64,000 bases of DNA. Source: the human T2T-CHM13v2.0 reference genome, Homo sapiens. The stretch lies in the NCBI RefSeq assembly GCF_009914755.1, contig NC_060930.1; one strand, given 5' to 3'. The position numbers and the translations under genes are program-made. This document shows, in pieces, positions 13,019 through 25,914 of this stretch. The notes beneath the pieces are model-generated. The model did no database searches. It was not told the DNA's origin and worked only from the letters and a program-made list of their open reading frames with translations. The first letter of the stretch is position 1; the number at the start of each line of letters is the position of its first letter.

Positions 13019-14149
13019 CTGAACAATATCTTAGGTGGAAAGATGAAAGGTATTTATTTGAACAGAAGGACAATGAGGTTCCTTCCAGGTGCATTTTGCC
13101 TTTTAACACCAAAGATGTGCTTTTGAAATGTCTGGTATAGCTACTATTTTAAAACTCTGAAGTTTTGAGTTTATTTGGAACACTGGGGAATGACAAGAGG
13201 CACTATTAATGATTATGCCAAGATAATGTGCATAAACCTAGGCTTTAAAAAGGAAAACTAGGATGTATGTATACCTTTTCTCATTGAGTTTTTAAATAAT
13301 TGCAAAGGCACTTAAACTTCACTTGACTGTACACTCTGGTTTAATATTTAGCTCATACATAGCTTTTTATAAAGGTTGGTTAAACTCTTCTGTGATAAAT
13401 TCTTCTGGCCTCTGTGATAAGCTGAAGCCAGAGAAAGATTGAAGTCTTTCTGTTATCCTTGTTGAGCTGTGTTTGGGTGGTTCCTACTTTGAAAAGACTT
13501 CCATCATTAAGATAATTTCATAGAAAAATCAAAAAAGGTTAGAAACGTGAATACCCAGTACTGGGCTTCATTTTGAAAGATGTTGTACCTTATGAAATGG
13601 GCACCATCCCCCAATTCTTGCTCTCACTCTACGAATAGTAAAAGAAGCCACATAGATACCACAGGAGAGAGAGAAAAAAGGACATTTTAAGAAAACATTG
13701 TTCCTTGACTTAAGAAATCCAGTACACAATTGAAAAACCAGAGTCATTTAAAATACTTATTTTCTTTAACATAAGGTGAGTTTGATTCTTGATTAACCAG
13801 GATAATCGTTGTGAAGAAACCTATGAAAACCTAAACTCACAGTTAGCATAAAACTAGTCAATATGATATACAATACGATAATTGTAGACATATTTGGTTA
13901 AAATTGCATTAGATATTTGAAAGCATGTTCAGTTATCTACAGATATCCACATGTGAAAATAACAGACATAAAATGGCTTAGGAGCATGAAACATCATATA
14001 AATTATTTGATTAAAAAAGGGTTAAAAATCTGTTGAGAATGTTATTATCTGTTTTTTTTTTTCTCCTCCTGGTCTTTCTCTCTCCCTCGGTCTCTCCCTC
14101 TCCCTTCCTCTTTCCTCTCCCTTTCTTCCTCTGCTTCTCATTTACCTAC

Positions 14150-15003
14150 CTCCCCAACAGAATGAGAACTGAGTTGGACAGAGATGCAGAGAAATGTACG
14201 TGCATTTGCAGTCCCCAAACTGAGTCAGCCTCTGCTGTATCCCTATGCAGCCAGTTCTCTGGCTACTTGGTAGAGGATGACTCATTCTCTTATGGCAGTG
14301 TATACAAGCAGGTGTCTATCAGTGTGATATGGGACCAGGTGTTAGAAGTAAATCTCCTAATTTAGTTGTCTCTGTGTGTGGAGAAGACATTTGGACAGGA
14401 AGGGTAGGGGAGGTGAGGGAATGCCTTCCTGGGAATGGAGCAGCAGGAGCTGAGCCAAGGTTCTATGGGGATGTTTTTGCATGGTTTAGAGGCTGCTTTC
14501 TCAGCACAGTACACGTAGTTGTCTTTCTCAATACATGGTCCTTGCACATGCCCTGGAGTCAGGATGAGCCTCTGATCAGTTTCTTACTGCAGCCATTCAT
14601 GCAGTTTTCGATCCATAACCCCAGGCCTCAGCCAATGCTCTTTATGATGCCAAAGAATTCCCACCAGTTGCTAGATGCCCTTTGATCTTTATCAGATCTT
14701 TGAAGGTACTTCGAGATGCCATGAAATTGGAATTTTAATATTGTTGATGCTCTTCTTTACTTGGATCCAGCATTACCACATTCACATCTTTTAATCAGTT
14801 ACTGCAGATCAACATGGTTCCTCAGATCACAAAATAAATAGCAGGGAGGTCCAAGTGGACTAAGCATGGTCCACTGTGGATTCCCTTACTTGTAGTAGTG
14901 TGCTAGAGTGCACACTGGCCGAGGGCATTGCTGCAGTTCATTGCTTATACTGGCAGAGAGAATGGGAGCTTTGAGAGCACTGCCAAAACATGCATTAACA
15001 GCT
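14150..15003 (-). pseudogene. Candidate decayed large exon with RGS-like motif (YLFCDLRNHVDLQ*...RRASTILKFQF)
   Basis: Acceptor tttgttttcattacag| at 15004; donor gag|gtaggt at 14149 (alternative caa|gtaagg at 14889); GC higher than flanks; stops and frameshifts. Confidence 0.35.
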
Positions 15004-15164
15004 CTGTAATGAAAACAAACGCAGTCACTATTCAGAATCAAACCCTCTTAGATACATTTTGTTTTATGTGTGTACAAACCTATATGGCATTGCTGCAGTA
15101 GAGGCTGTCTGGTGGCATCTTTCTTAGCTGCACTTCCTTATTCTTTCTCAACCCATATGCTTAC

Positions 15165-15660
15165 CTGCATTCATATCTATCTTTGGCATAGTCCCTCCTC
15201 AAGAGAGGATATAGACTTTCAGATTAAAGCTACTTCCTCCCCAGGGCCTCTGTGATAAATCCTTTCCTTTTACATCACTCCTGAGGGACTTCACTTGAGT
15301 ATTCAGCAAAGGGTGGGAAGTGCTGCTGCAAGTACAAAACTTGGTTGTAGTAGCAAATACTCAAAATTTTTGGTAGTGTCTGTTTTGCTTGTTGCTTGAC
15401 ATTGAGAAATTCCCTTCCTTCTCTTTCAACTCTACAGCTCGCTGTAAATGGACCTCTTCCAGGATCCAGTTTTTCTGGGGCAGCTGCTAACCAAAACTCT
15501 TGGGATGTGCAGTTTTCTCTGTTGAAAGATTATCTCTCCTATTTTTCCCCTATCTGAGCTATTAGTAGTAGAGAATTGTCTATAGAAGAATAACTGAAAG
15601 CTCATCTCTTTTCTCATGGTAAAAAATACATTCTGAACTACATACCGAAGAAATAAAAAC
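15165..15660 (-). pseudogene. Candidate decayed exon (496 nt)
   Basis: Very strong acceptor ttttgattttttgttttttcag| and donor gcag|gtaagc; 161-nt GT-AG intron to the next candidate exon with compatible phase. Confidence 0.45.
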
Positions 15661-15949
15661 CTGAAAAAACAAAAAATCAAAATCAAAACCAAACCAAACC
15701 AAACCAAAGTGTGCTCTTTCTCTACATCTGAATCTTATTTTGTTTTGGGTAAAAAGCTCAATATACAGAGGAGTGTTAAACAATTAACACAAAACAACCA
15801 CAGATTCACATACATGAATCTCACTCCACTGATTCAGAACATGTTTTTGGTATTGTAAAGAGTAAATCGATTAAATAGATTTTTCTAGAGTTTAAAAACA
15901 GGCTGATTTCTATAAGCTATAATTGTGAAAAGGACTGCAGGTCATGCAT

Positions 15950-16040
15950 TGGTCTTTGTCACTTGATTTATTTGCTTTCTCTAAATCTCAGCTCCTCATC
16001 TATAAAAATAGAAAGAATAATATCTATCTTACATAATCAC
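15950..16040 (+). mobile_element. MIR core fragment
   Basis: ctctaaatctcagctcctcatctataaaaatag...aataatatctatct. Confidence 0.65.
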
Positions 16041-16112
16041 GCATTATGTCCACTCATGGATCCTACTGCCAGTAGGATCATCTTTGCATAAAAGAAAGAT
16101 AATATCTGTATT

Positions 16113-16198
16113 GTAATTAAATCTAAGAGGGATAATAATCTTAAGAGGTATTTATTGTAATACCTCTTAAGATTATTATCCCTCTTAGATTTAATTAC
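16113..16198. repeat. Perfect 40-bp inverted repeat with 6-nt spacer
   Basis: 16113-16152 is the exact reverse complement of 16159-16198. Confidence 0.97.
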
Positions 16199-16449
16199 TG
16201 CTACTTTTAATGATCTTTCCCTTTAAGTGTCAGTGAAAATAAGGAAAACATTTTTCTTAAAATAAGAGCAATCTGAGGTAAAATAACAGCATAGCAAGAT
16301 GAAAGATTGAGCAGGGCATTAGAGATGTTTGGGGAAAAGGGTAGAGAAATTGAAGACAAGACTATGCAAAAAGTGATTTTAGATATAATTTGGAGCTAGA
16401 ATTGAAGTAGTAACAACCACTCATTGATTACACAGTCTAATACTCAACT

Positions 16450-16620
16450 GGAAATTTTGTATATTGTCTTCCTTATTAATCATATCAGCTATATAAGATA
16501 GATATTATTCTTCCATTTTTATAGATGAGCTGAGATTTAGAGCAAATAAACTGAGTGACATGTCTGGTTGGCTGCAGGATTTGAGTCTAGGTCTCTGACT
16601 TCATGGCTCAAGTCTTTCTA
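16450..16620 (-). mobile_element. MIR fragment
   Basis: tattattcttccatttttatagatgagctgag...ggatttgagtctaggtctctgact. Confidence 0.65.
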
Positions 16621-17030
16621 CTTTCTAGAAACCAGTAAGATTGATCAAGGAACTCAAATGTTGCAAGCTCCCTTCCAGTTCTTACTTTCTACTTAAAATT
16701 CCTATGTACATTTTTCAAGATTATTTAATCAATAATTACATAATGTAAAACTGTAAGAGACAATATTAGATTCACTGAAAGGGAATTTTAAAGAATGTCA
16801 TTCCAAGCAATAGCCAATACTATCAGAAAATCCCATTTCAAAGATAAAGTAGTGTCATCTTTAGCACTGACAAATTGATAATTTTAACATTAAATAACTT
16901 GCAATTTTCTAGTGAGTTAGATAAGTTATATATAGATTTAAGAATTCTCCTTTTGTATAATTTCAACCCTGTTCCTCAAAATTAATAATCATTTCATTTT
17001 TGGTTCTGAATTATGGGAACTGGCTTATCC

Positions 17031-17320
17031 TTTTTTTTTGTTGTTGAGACAGAGTCTCGCTCTGTCGTCCAGGCTGGAGTGCAGTGGGCGATCTCGGCTC
17101 ACTGCAAGCTCCGCCTCTCAGGTTCACGCCATTCTGCTGCCTCAGCCTCCGGAGTAGCTGGGACTACAGGAGGCGGCCACCATGCCCAGCTAATTTTTTT
17201 GTATTTTTAGTAGGGACGGGGTTTCACCGTGTTAGCCAGGATGGTCTCGATTTCCTGACCTCGTGATCCACCCGCCTTGGCCTCCTAAAGTGCCGGGATT
17301 ACAGGCGTGAGACACCGCGC
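17031..17320 (-). mobile_element. AluY
   Basis: Y diagnostics gcaagctccgcctc, ttcacgccattc, gtgttagccaggatggtctcga. Confidence 0.93.
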
Positions 17321-17912
17321 GATACTTTTAAAAAGTTTTGAGAGCCTGGAAATTACTTTCCAAATACAAAACACTAAGTCCTATTTTGTTAAAAGAAAGC
17401 TTGTGTATAAACATGCCATTTTATTGAAGCAGCCCTTCTAAAATGTTATTGGTAAGAGTGGATAAGGGAGACCTCTACGTGTCATATGAATGCTTGTGGC
17501 CAAGGGAGGGTGCATTGCTTGCATGTTTCTGGGCAGAAAAGGGATACTGAACTCGTAAGAACTTGTCCAAACTTCCCATTTCCTAAACAAGCTCTGTGAT
17601 TTCTAAATAACTGGTCTCTAATCTAGCATTCCACCAGGAGCACATCATGACATCCCTGATTTATTGATCCATTTATTGCTGAGTTTATTATTATTCCTTT
17701 TTTTCCCTAAAGTTTTCAAGGCCTTGAATAAGCTTCAGAAAAAGATTAGTCTTAAAACCACTCTTTGAACAAGCATAATATAAAATGATGTAAAAACAAC
17801 TTCATGTCGTTAGTAACCACGGTCATCTGAAGACCAATTATGTGGTTCATTTTTGTGGAATTACATATGTGTAAATACATTTATTTTAATCTATGTATGT
17901 ATATAATGAAAA

Positions 17913-18065
17913 ATCACTAGTCCATTGCTATGGACACTAGAGGGCTGGAAGATCACTAGTCCATTGCTATGGACACTAGAGGGCTGGAAGATCACTAGTC
18001 CATTGCTATGGACACTAGAGGGCTGGAAGATCACTAGTCCATTGCTATGGACACTAGAGGGCTGG
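17913..18065. repeat. 39-bp minisatellite (VNTR), 3.9 identical copies
   Basis: Unit atcactagtccattgctatggacactagagggctggaag starts at 17913, 17952, 17991 and 18030. Confidence 0.97.
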
Positions 18066-18210
18066 TCAATTTAATGAACTCTCTGAGCTTTAGATTATTA
18101 CCCTGGGTGGCTTGAAAGTTTATGAGGCTGGATCAGTACTGATGCCTTGTTTTCCCTTTTCCTTTAGCCTTGTCAAATGCTGTGTACTTTTTTTGGACAT
18201 TCCCACTCTT

Positions 18211-18294
18211 TCTTTGTTTTGGACATTACCAGTCTTTCTTTTTTGAATGTCTTCTTTGTTTTGGACATTCCCAATCTTTCTTTTTCGAATGTCT
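18211..18294. repeat. 42-bp tandem duplication
   Basis: tctttgttttggacatt(a/c)cca(g/a)tctttcttttt(t/c)gaatgtct x2, 3 mismatches. Confidence 0.9.
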
Positions 18295-18829
18295 TCTTCC
18301 CTTGTCCAAATCCTACCCAGGATTTCTTTGAGAGTGTCAATAAGGAAGGAAATGTTCCAATGAAAAGTAAAATTGTATATGGATCATAGGAAGAAGATTC
18401 TGAAGTGGTTTTATTCAATTATTAAATATTAATCGAGCAACTCTGATATACCCTACACTGAGCTAAAGATAAAATTGGAAATAAACCAAACACCATCCCA
18501 GCCCAAACATAATTGTCTTACAGGGTAATGTAGAAGACACTAAGTTCATCAGGAAGATATTTATGCAGTTTCCCCTGTGGAATTTTAAAGATTGTTATAT
18601 ATATTATTTTTCTAAAGTGATAGAAGAGGAGGTATCTTTTTGATAGTTAAACACAAATATTCAATGAAGTCAACTATGTTCTAGATACTATGTCATTACA
18701 GAGAATGTGATGAACTAATATTTGTGTCTCTATCCTCATCAGCTAGATGACATTTTACTTTTAATTAAAGTGCATCTTGCTGCATATAAACCAGGTAAAC
18801 CACCTGTCCCAGTATAGCAACTACAAATT

Positions 18830-19570
18830 ACTTAATTTTTTATCAAAGATATAAATGCACAGAGTTTAAAAATCAAATGGTGCTTGAAGGCTTATAACAA
18901 AAAGCAGTAGCTCCCACTGGACTTAACCCATCATCTAGTTACTCTATCAGTGAATACTTCAGCTCTTTTAGCAGTTTCTCCTGGTATTTACATATTTTGG
19001 AATAATATACTTCTATTGCCTTTTACTATTTATCAATTTTAAGTACTATATGTTGACTACTTATTAAAGTAGATAAGGATTTACTTTTCCAATATGAGAA
19101 TGAATATTGTGGGATACTTAGAAGTTTCTGCTACACTTGCCAAATATTCCAATAAAATTGTAAAATCTTTCAACATTGTGTTTCATAGGCTTGAAGACAT
19201 TAGATAATCTATCAGTGTCTTTATTTCTGAAGAATTTCCTCTGGGAACTTTAAATCCTATTCCACATTGGCCTGATTTCTCTCTAGGGCCCGATAGCATC
19301 CTGGAACATTTCTCCTGACTTTTCTTTGCTAATATCCCAGGCAGGAACTCTTGTTTCCTAAATTATTTGTATTCTACCTTCTGTACTCTTGTTTGTTTTG
19401 TTTAAACACATCTTTCAGCAGTTTTCTGAGAAAGGGCACCTACAAGGCAATTTTTTTTTTTTTTAAGATTTGGCAAATGTGAATCTGTCTGCATTCTTCC
19501 CTTACACCTGATTGCTAGGTTGACTGGATACAATACTGTAAATTGAAAATTATTTGTTACTCAATGTTTT
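18830..19570 (-). mobile_element. Ancient L1ME-type fragment
   Basis: T-rich decayed L1 sequence that appears to continue at ~22010. Confidence 0.5.
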
Positions 19571-20074
19571 GAATAGAAAAATTAGTCAATGAAACTTATT
19601 CAAGGAGTTTTGGAAGATGGAGGTAACTATGCAGTTTAAAAATTTCACTGTATTTTCTTATAAAACAAACAGAACAACCAGGATGGAAAACTAAATACAA
19701 TGAACAACCTCCACAACAAAAGTAGATGACAAAGAAGTCCAGTAAATGCCAAAATATGAGTGCATAGGCAAAAAACCACCACTAGCTACAGAACCCATGT
19801 AGTACCAGAAGCAATTCAAGAGGAAGAAGAGGGTTGACAGTAAGACTTTGATGATCCAGAGAACTGTAGAAAACTGCTATCACAATTAGGTTCTCCCTGG
19901 AGAGCTTCATAGGCAATTCCATGGACAGTAGCTGAAACTGGGAGAGAACTGTCAATCTTAAATTGAGTGCAAGAGGGCCATAGGAAATTCCGATGATGCC
20001 AAGGCAGTTTGGCAGCCTAACCTTAGAAAGATAAACTATCGTAAATTACTTTACAACACAGTAATTTGACTATA

Positions 20075-22005
20075 TGTTCCTAGTTCCATGAACAAAAGAA
20101 CTGCAAAATATCTTAAACTGTTATACTACTCATATTGTTGATGCTAGTGTTAGTATTGTTATTCTTGTATAGTTTTGCATGCATATAATCAAGCAGATAA
20201 TAATTATATTGGTGTCCTTGCGAATAAAGTCGTTGCTATTGTTATGAGAGAAAGGACAGATGTAAGATTCATAGGGCTAAGTAAAAGACCCATATATTGC
20301 ATTTTAAGTGGAATAATCAATAATGCATTGTTGATAATATTATATCATGCTACTTTTTGTCTTGAAAAGTACATATTACATATAGCTTTGTCAACTAGAG
20401 TCTAGAAACAATAAGCAACCTGGTATCATTGAAACTACCTGGCACTCAGACTGTGTTCCTTAAATAACATTTCCTCTAAAAACAATGATCATTGGAGAAA
20501 TGGCTTATTCCAAGTCTGGGTCAGAAAGTATAATAGATAAGCCTGGGGCAATTATACTATATGAGAAAACAAGAATGCCATCAAAACTACTGGATCATGT
20601 CAGAAGGACTCAGGGGCCCCTGAGGCTTACACTGGCCAAAGATGGGACAATCTGAGCAACAATAAGAATAATAACCTCAATGATTGAAGCAGATGAATAC
20701 ATCAAACATACTTAAATTAATATCTTCTTTTGAGACAAAAGTTTCATTGATTATCATTGGAAGATAAGTCATTTTGAAAATTGATAAATAAGGGAAAACA
20801 ATCAAGAATTTATTCTGCTTTTCCAGGGGTAACCATGTCAGGTAACTAAATAGTTGATAAGATGACATTTCTTTCTCTTTATGTAAGTATCCCAGTTAAT
20901 AAATTAAGAAGGAAAGACAGAATGAGAGTAGCATTTTGCAATCACGACTGAATGCATGGATTCAGGCAGTGATCATCAATGGCTGCTTACATCATCATCA
21001 TGTGCCTCCTGATTGAAATACAGAACACAGCTTATGAAGTTGTCGAGCTAAAAAACTACTTTAACATAAATCTGTTCAAACCTCAGGATCTAACTACAGG
21101 ATTACTTGTAGGAAGTACGATGGAGAGAGGAACACATTATATGATACTACAGAGAGATAATCTGCAGAATCTAAGCAGTGGGAAACTTTAAAGGAAAAAA
21201 TAACTCAATTTCTTCAACAAAATTTTTGCAAGAAATGAAAGAGAATTAGAGAAGGAACTTATAGAATAAAAGAGATCACAGACATATTAACAACTGCAAT
21301 GTATATATCTTACTCAGATCCAGATTCAAACTGTTAGGAAAAAGAAGAGGCCTAGCGTGATCCCTAACACCTATAATCCCAGCACTTTGGGAGGCCGAGG
21401 CGGGTAGATGGCTTAAGGTCAGGAGTTTGAGACCAGCCTGGTCAACTTGGTGAAACCCTATCTCTACAAAAAATTACAAAAACTAGCTGGGTGTGCTGGC
21501 ATGTGCCTGTAGTCCCAGCTACTCAAGGCTGGGACTGGAGGCTGAGGCAGGAGAACCACTTGAAGCTAAGAGGCGGAGGCTGCAATGAGCAGAGATCGAG
21601 CCACTGCACTCCAGCCTGGGTGGCAGAGCGAGTCTCTCAAAACACAGAACAAAACAAAACAAAACAAAACTGAAAAAAAGAAAAGAAAACATTAAAAGAT
21701 AATCATGGTCATGTGAACACCCAGTTGGTTGATAACAAAAAATTTTGAATAATTATCTGAGGGTGGGATAAAAGTATTATAGTTATGTTTTAAATGGGAT
21801 GTTCTTGATTTTAGATATGTAGTAAAATTATTACAAATGATGTATGTTGCTAAGACTTTCTTCTAAATATCATGGATGAGGGAGAAATAGTTTGTAGTAA
21901 AGGTTGGCCATGAGTAAATAATTTTTGAAGCTGGGTGGTAGGTATATTGAGATTCCTTTTACTATTATCTTTACATGTACTTGAAATTTCCATAATCAGA
22001 AGTTA
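20075..22005 (+). mobile_element. L1MC-type 3' region interrupted by an Alu
   Basis: L1MC4/5-like 3'UTR motifs (cactggccaaagatgggacaat..., tgaagctgggtggtaggtatattgag...gaaatttccataat). Confidence 0.65.
21349..21672 (+). mobile_element. AluJ or old AluS
   Basis: Dimeric Alu with (CAAAA)n tail. Confidence 0.92.
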
Positions 22006-22009
22006 AATA

Positions 22010-23100
22010 TTTGTGACTGTCTTCCAATTATTGATTATGCTATTGAAAAGCCTCACACTATTCTTATTATCAGTACTTTGTATACGACTTTATTGTTTCT
22101 CTCCGGAAGCTGTTAGACTCTTACCTTTACTCATGGTATTTAAAAATTTCACAACGATGCACCTCGGTCTGGGTCTTTTTTCATCCATTGTGTTGAGCAC
22201 TTACTGATACTTCAATGTAGAAACTTATTTATAGTTCTGGAACATTTTCCCTCATTTATTTGATACTTTCTTGCCTTTTATTTTCCCTGTTACCTATTTT
22301 TGTAATACTTAGTCGAATTGATTCCTGAGTGAGCCTCTTATGTTTATCTCTTCTCTCCTACTGTTAATCTCTTGTTCTTTTAAATACTGCTCTGGTGGAA
22401 TTTAATTTAATTTTTCAGTCCTTCTGTTAATTATTTTTCTTTCTTCTGTTATATTTGTAATTTTAATATTTTTTATTTTTATTTTGTTTTATCTTTATTG
22501 TCTTCTGCTCCCTACCTCCCCACAAATGCAATATTTTTTCTTTCAGAGGTTATTTTTGAAATTTTCTTCTGCTTTGCATAGTGTTTATTTTCTTGGAGTA
22601 TTTTTTTTGTTTGGATTGGCGGGGAGCCACTGCTGCTTTCATATTGGAGGTTTTCCTCAAATATCTGGCGATCTCTGTAGACTCATATTTGATGGTGAGG
22701 AACTAAAATTAATGGGATTCATAGGATCGAAAACTTTTTATTTCATTGTGGGATAATTGAGTATCAGTCTCTGTAGGCACTTTCAGTTGAGTCCACTAAT
22801 ACTCCTTGAGAGTATAACCCTAGCTCTTGCATTCTGGGAGCCAAAGGGTTGGGTACAAGGAAGGGAACTAGACATCTCCCTGCTCTGAATATTAACTTTT
22901 ATTAAATTCACCTGAATTTAGTGAGCATGCGTTCTTCAGCTCTTCCCAGTATTTTCAATACATAGTCCTCATTTTGCACAATCTCTAGAGAATAATCCTC
23001 TGCTAGACTAGATGAGATAATCAAGATCTTTGATTGCATCTTTGTGACTTTCAACCAGTCCTAAGATTGTTAGCCCCACTTTGTCTTAAGACGTATCAGA
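22010..23100 (-). mobile_element. Ancient L1ME-type fragment
   Basis: aaatttcacaacgatgcacctcggtctgggtcttttttcatccattgtg, typical antisense L1ME ORF1/5' sequence. Confidence 0.55.
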
Positions 23101-23601
23101 ATCCTTAAATTCCTGACTCTTCTAGATCAGGAATAGCAAATACATTTCAACATTTGGGTGCCACATTCAATCAAAATGCTTATCTCCAAACTTGTGTTGA
23201 TATAGATTCTGTTTGGGTAAGGTTTGTGCTATGATAGTTTAGGAATCATGGGCATCACAAATGTTTTCAGACAAGAGTTTCAAAGAATGTCTTGGAGAGT
23301 AAATAGTGATTTTACAGTATCAACTGGAAAGTTGAGCAGTTTGATGTTAATTTAAATGGATTATTGGGAAGTTTTAAAATGAAATACATTAATACATTCA
23401 TTTGCAACTATTTTTCCCTTGAGCAAAAGTTTCCTGGAGTAATAAAGTCATGTTGATGAAGACAGTCCAAGAGTACTGTCATATTATTGATGACAGTAAG
23501 CTGAATGGGCGTAGGTGATTTCATTTCTCACTAATAATAGTAAAATGAGAAGGATTCCACAGCTATTTCAGGAATCTGGCAGAAAAATATTGATTCTGTT
23601 T

Positions 23602-24300
<699 letters not shown>

Positions 24301-24332
24301 CCCTTATCAGGTGGATAGATTGCAAAAATTTT
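24301..24332 (-). mobile_element. Displaced, inverted 5' tip of the L1 at 25915-26803
   Basis: Reverse complement aaaatttttgcaatctatccacctgataaggg is the L1 ORF2 sequence just upstream of gaa(t)ctacaaggaac; TSD copy at 24333-24347. Confidence 0.8.
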
Positions 24333-24839
24333 AGGAAGAGAATAATTAAATGTGTGTTTTCATAGTAATTGTGTTACACACATTGGGTTATTCCAACAAC
24401 TCCCTGAGGAATTTAAGGTAGTAATAACCTTATTTTTCAGACAGGGAAAGCAAAACAGAATAAATTTAAGTTATCAAAGACTAAAGAAAATGACGAAGGC
24501 AAAGATAGAATTAAAAACCAGGTTTGATCAAAAGTTTTTTAAAAAAATACCATTTAGACCTTAAAAATCAATCCTAGTATATATCTTCTATCATAATAAA
24601 CAACATTCCTTTCTTATTTTTTTTAACTTGAATCAGTGTTGGGTATAAAAAATCCTTTTGAGACCTCCTACATGATCCTGAACTTATAGGAGTTTGAGAA
24701 AATATTATTAGACATTCAGTGTTCCCTATAATTATATATCATGGCCTTTCCTAACCCCTTTTTACAAAATTCCACTGGAACACCCAACTAAAAGGACGTG
24801 TACGTGGTAGTTTAGCTCAGGAGAAATCTCAACCAGGGC

Positions 24840-25055
24840 TGCCCTGGAGTCAGATGCCAAGTCAGAATCCCAGCTCCATATATGCAGCCAGAGCAAGTGA
24901 CTCGGCCTCCCTAAGTCTGTTTCCCCATCTCCAAATGGGTGGATAATAATAGCACAAACATCACAGGCTATTTTGAGAATTGGATGAGTTATCCATATAG
25001 GCACTTAGTATTCTCCTCTTCAGTACGTATTAAGCACTCAGAAATTGTTGGCTAT
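24840..25055 (+). mobile_element. MIR
   Basis: ctggagtcagatgcc...gtttccccatctccaaatggg...ataataatagcac...ggatgagtta. Confidence 0.8.
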
Positions 25056-25797
25056 GTTTTAAAATGAAAAATGTTCTTGTATTTTTGTCTAGGAGAATGA
25101 CCACTAAAATTTTCAATACAATGTAATTCCAAAAATATACATGGTTAACAGACAGCATGTAAAGTTCATGCTGTTCCAAAAACAAATATGTTAATTTCTG
25201 ATAACACCCATATCACACTCGGCCCCACTCACACATGGAGCATATAACTTACGACTATATTGGATTATAGGCCTTCTTTTGTGTAAGAGTGCCTGTGTAT
25301 GTGATTATAGACATTCCTTGTCTCTAATCCCATCTGCATTATAGTCTGGACAGTGTCATCAGTGCATAGCTCAGAATTAGGTCTAGATGGAAGCAAAAAC
25401 ATTTACTAGTCTAGTATAGAAAATACCATAAGAGACGAACATTTAGTGTGAGTTGAGAGACTGGGGATTTCTCTGACACTAAACCAAGTTTAGATATTTT
25501 ACAATATAAGTTTCACAATTATTTTCATGTCCACCTTTCCATTTATTGCAAAATAGCTCATTCCTAGGCCTAGTAAAGATAGCATTATTAAAAATAAATA
25601 AAGAATAACTCTATGTTATCCTTATGCTTTCATCAATGGGCGATGAAAACAACGTAAAAAGTTCTGAGAATGTTACCTGTAAAAAGCCAAGACTGAGGTT
25701 TTAATATAAACATCAATCCATGAGAATTGGATACCAATAAGCAATATATAGCCCAACAATTAAGAAAAGTCTATATATATATATATATACACATACA

Positions 25798-25914
25798 TTT
25801 TTTTTTTTTTTTTGAGACGGAGTCTCACTCTGTCCCCTAGGCTGGAGTGCAGTGGCAAGATGTCAGCTCACTGCAAGCTCTGCCTCCCGGTTTCATGCCA
25901 TTCTCCTGCCTCAG
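25798..25914 (-). mobile_element. AluY right-arm 3' fragment (right inversion breakpoint)
   Basis: T tail plus gagacggagtct...ctgcaagctc...ccattctcctgcctcag, joined directly to L1. Confidence 0.9.

Noticed and set aside
14033-14685. Plus-strand 110-aa and 118-aa ORFs
   Set aside because: The first starts in a CT low-complexity tract and neither resembles a known protein; they are better explained as antisense to the minus-strand candidate exon.
12763-15660. Naming the candidate as RGS22 or RGSL1
   Set aside because: The translations do not match the RGS22 sequence as I recall it; only generic RGS-like motifs are visible, so no gene symbol is given.
16113-16198. MADE1/mariner MITE or miRNA
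   Set aside because: The arms do not resemble the MADE1 TIR (ttaggttggtgcaaaagtaattgc) and the repeat is not flanked by a TA target duplication on both sides; there is no expression evidence for a miRNA.
17913-18065. CRISPR-like array (palindromic repeats of CRISPR-like size)
   Set aside because: The units abut with no unique spacers, there are no cas genes, and the context is primate; it is a VNTR.
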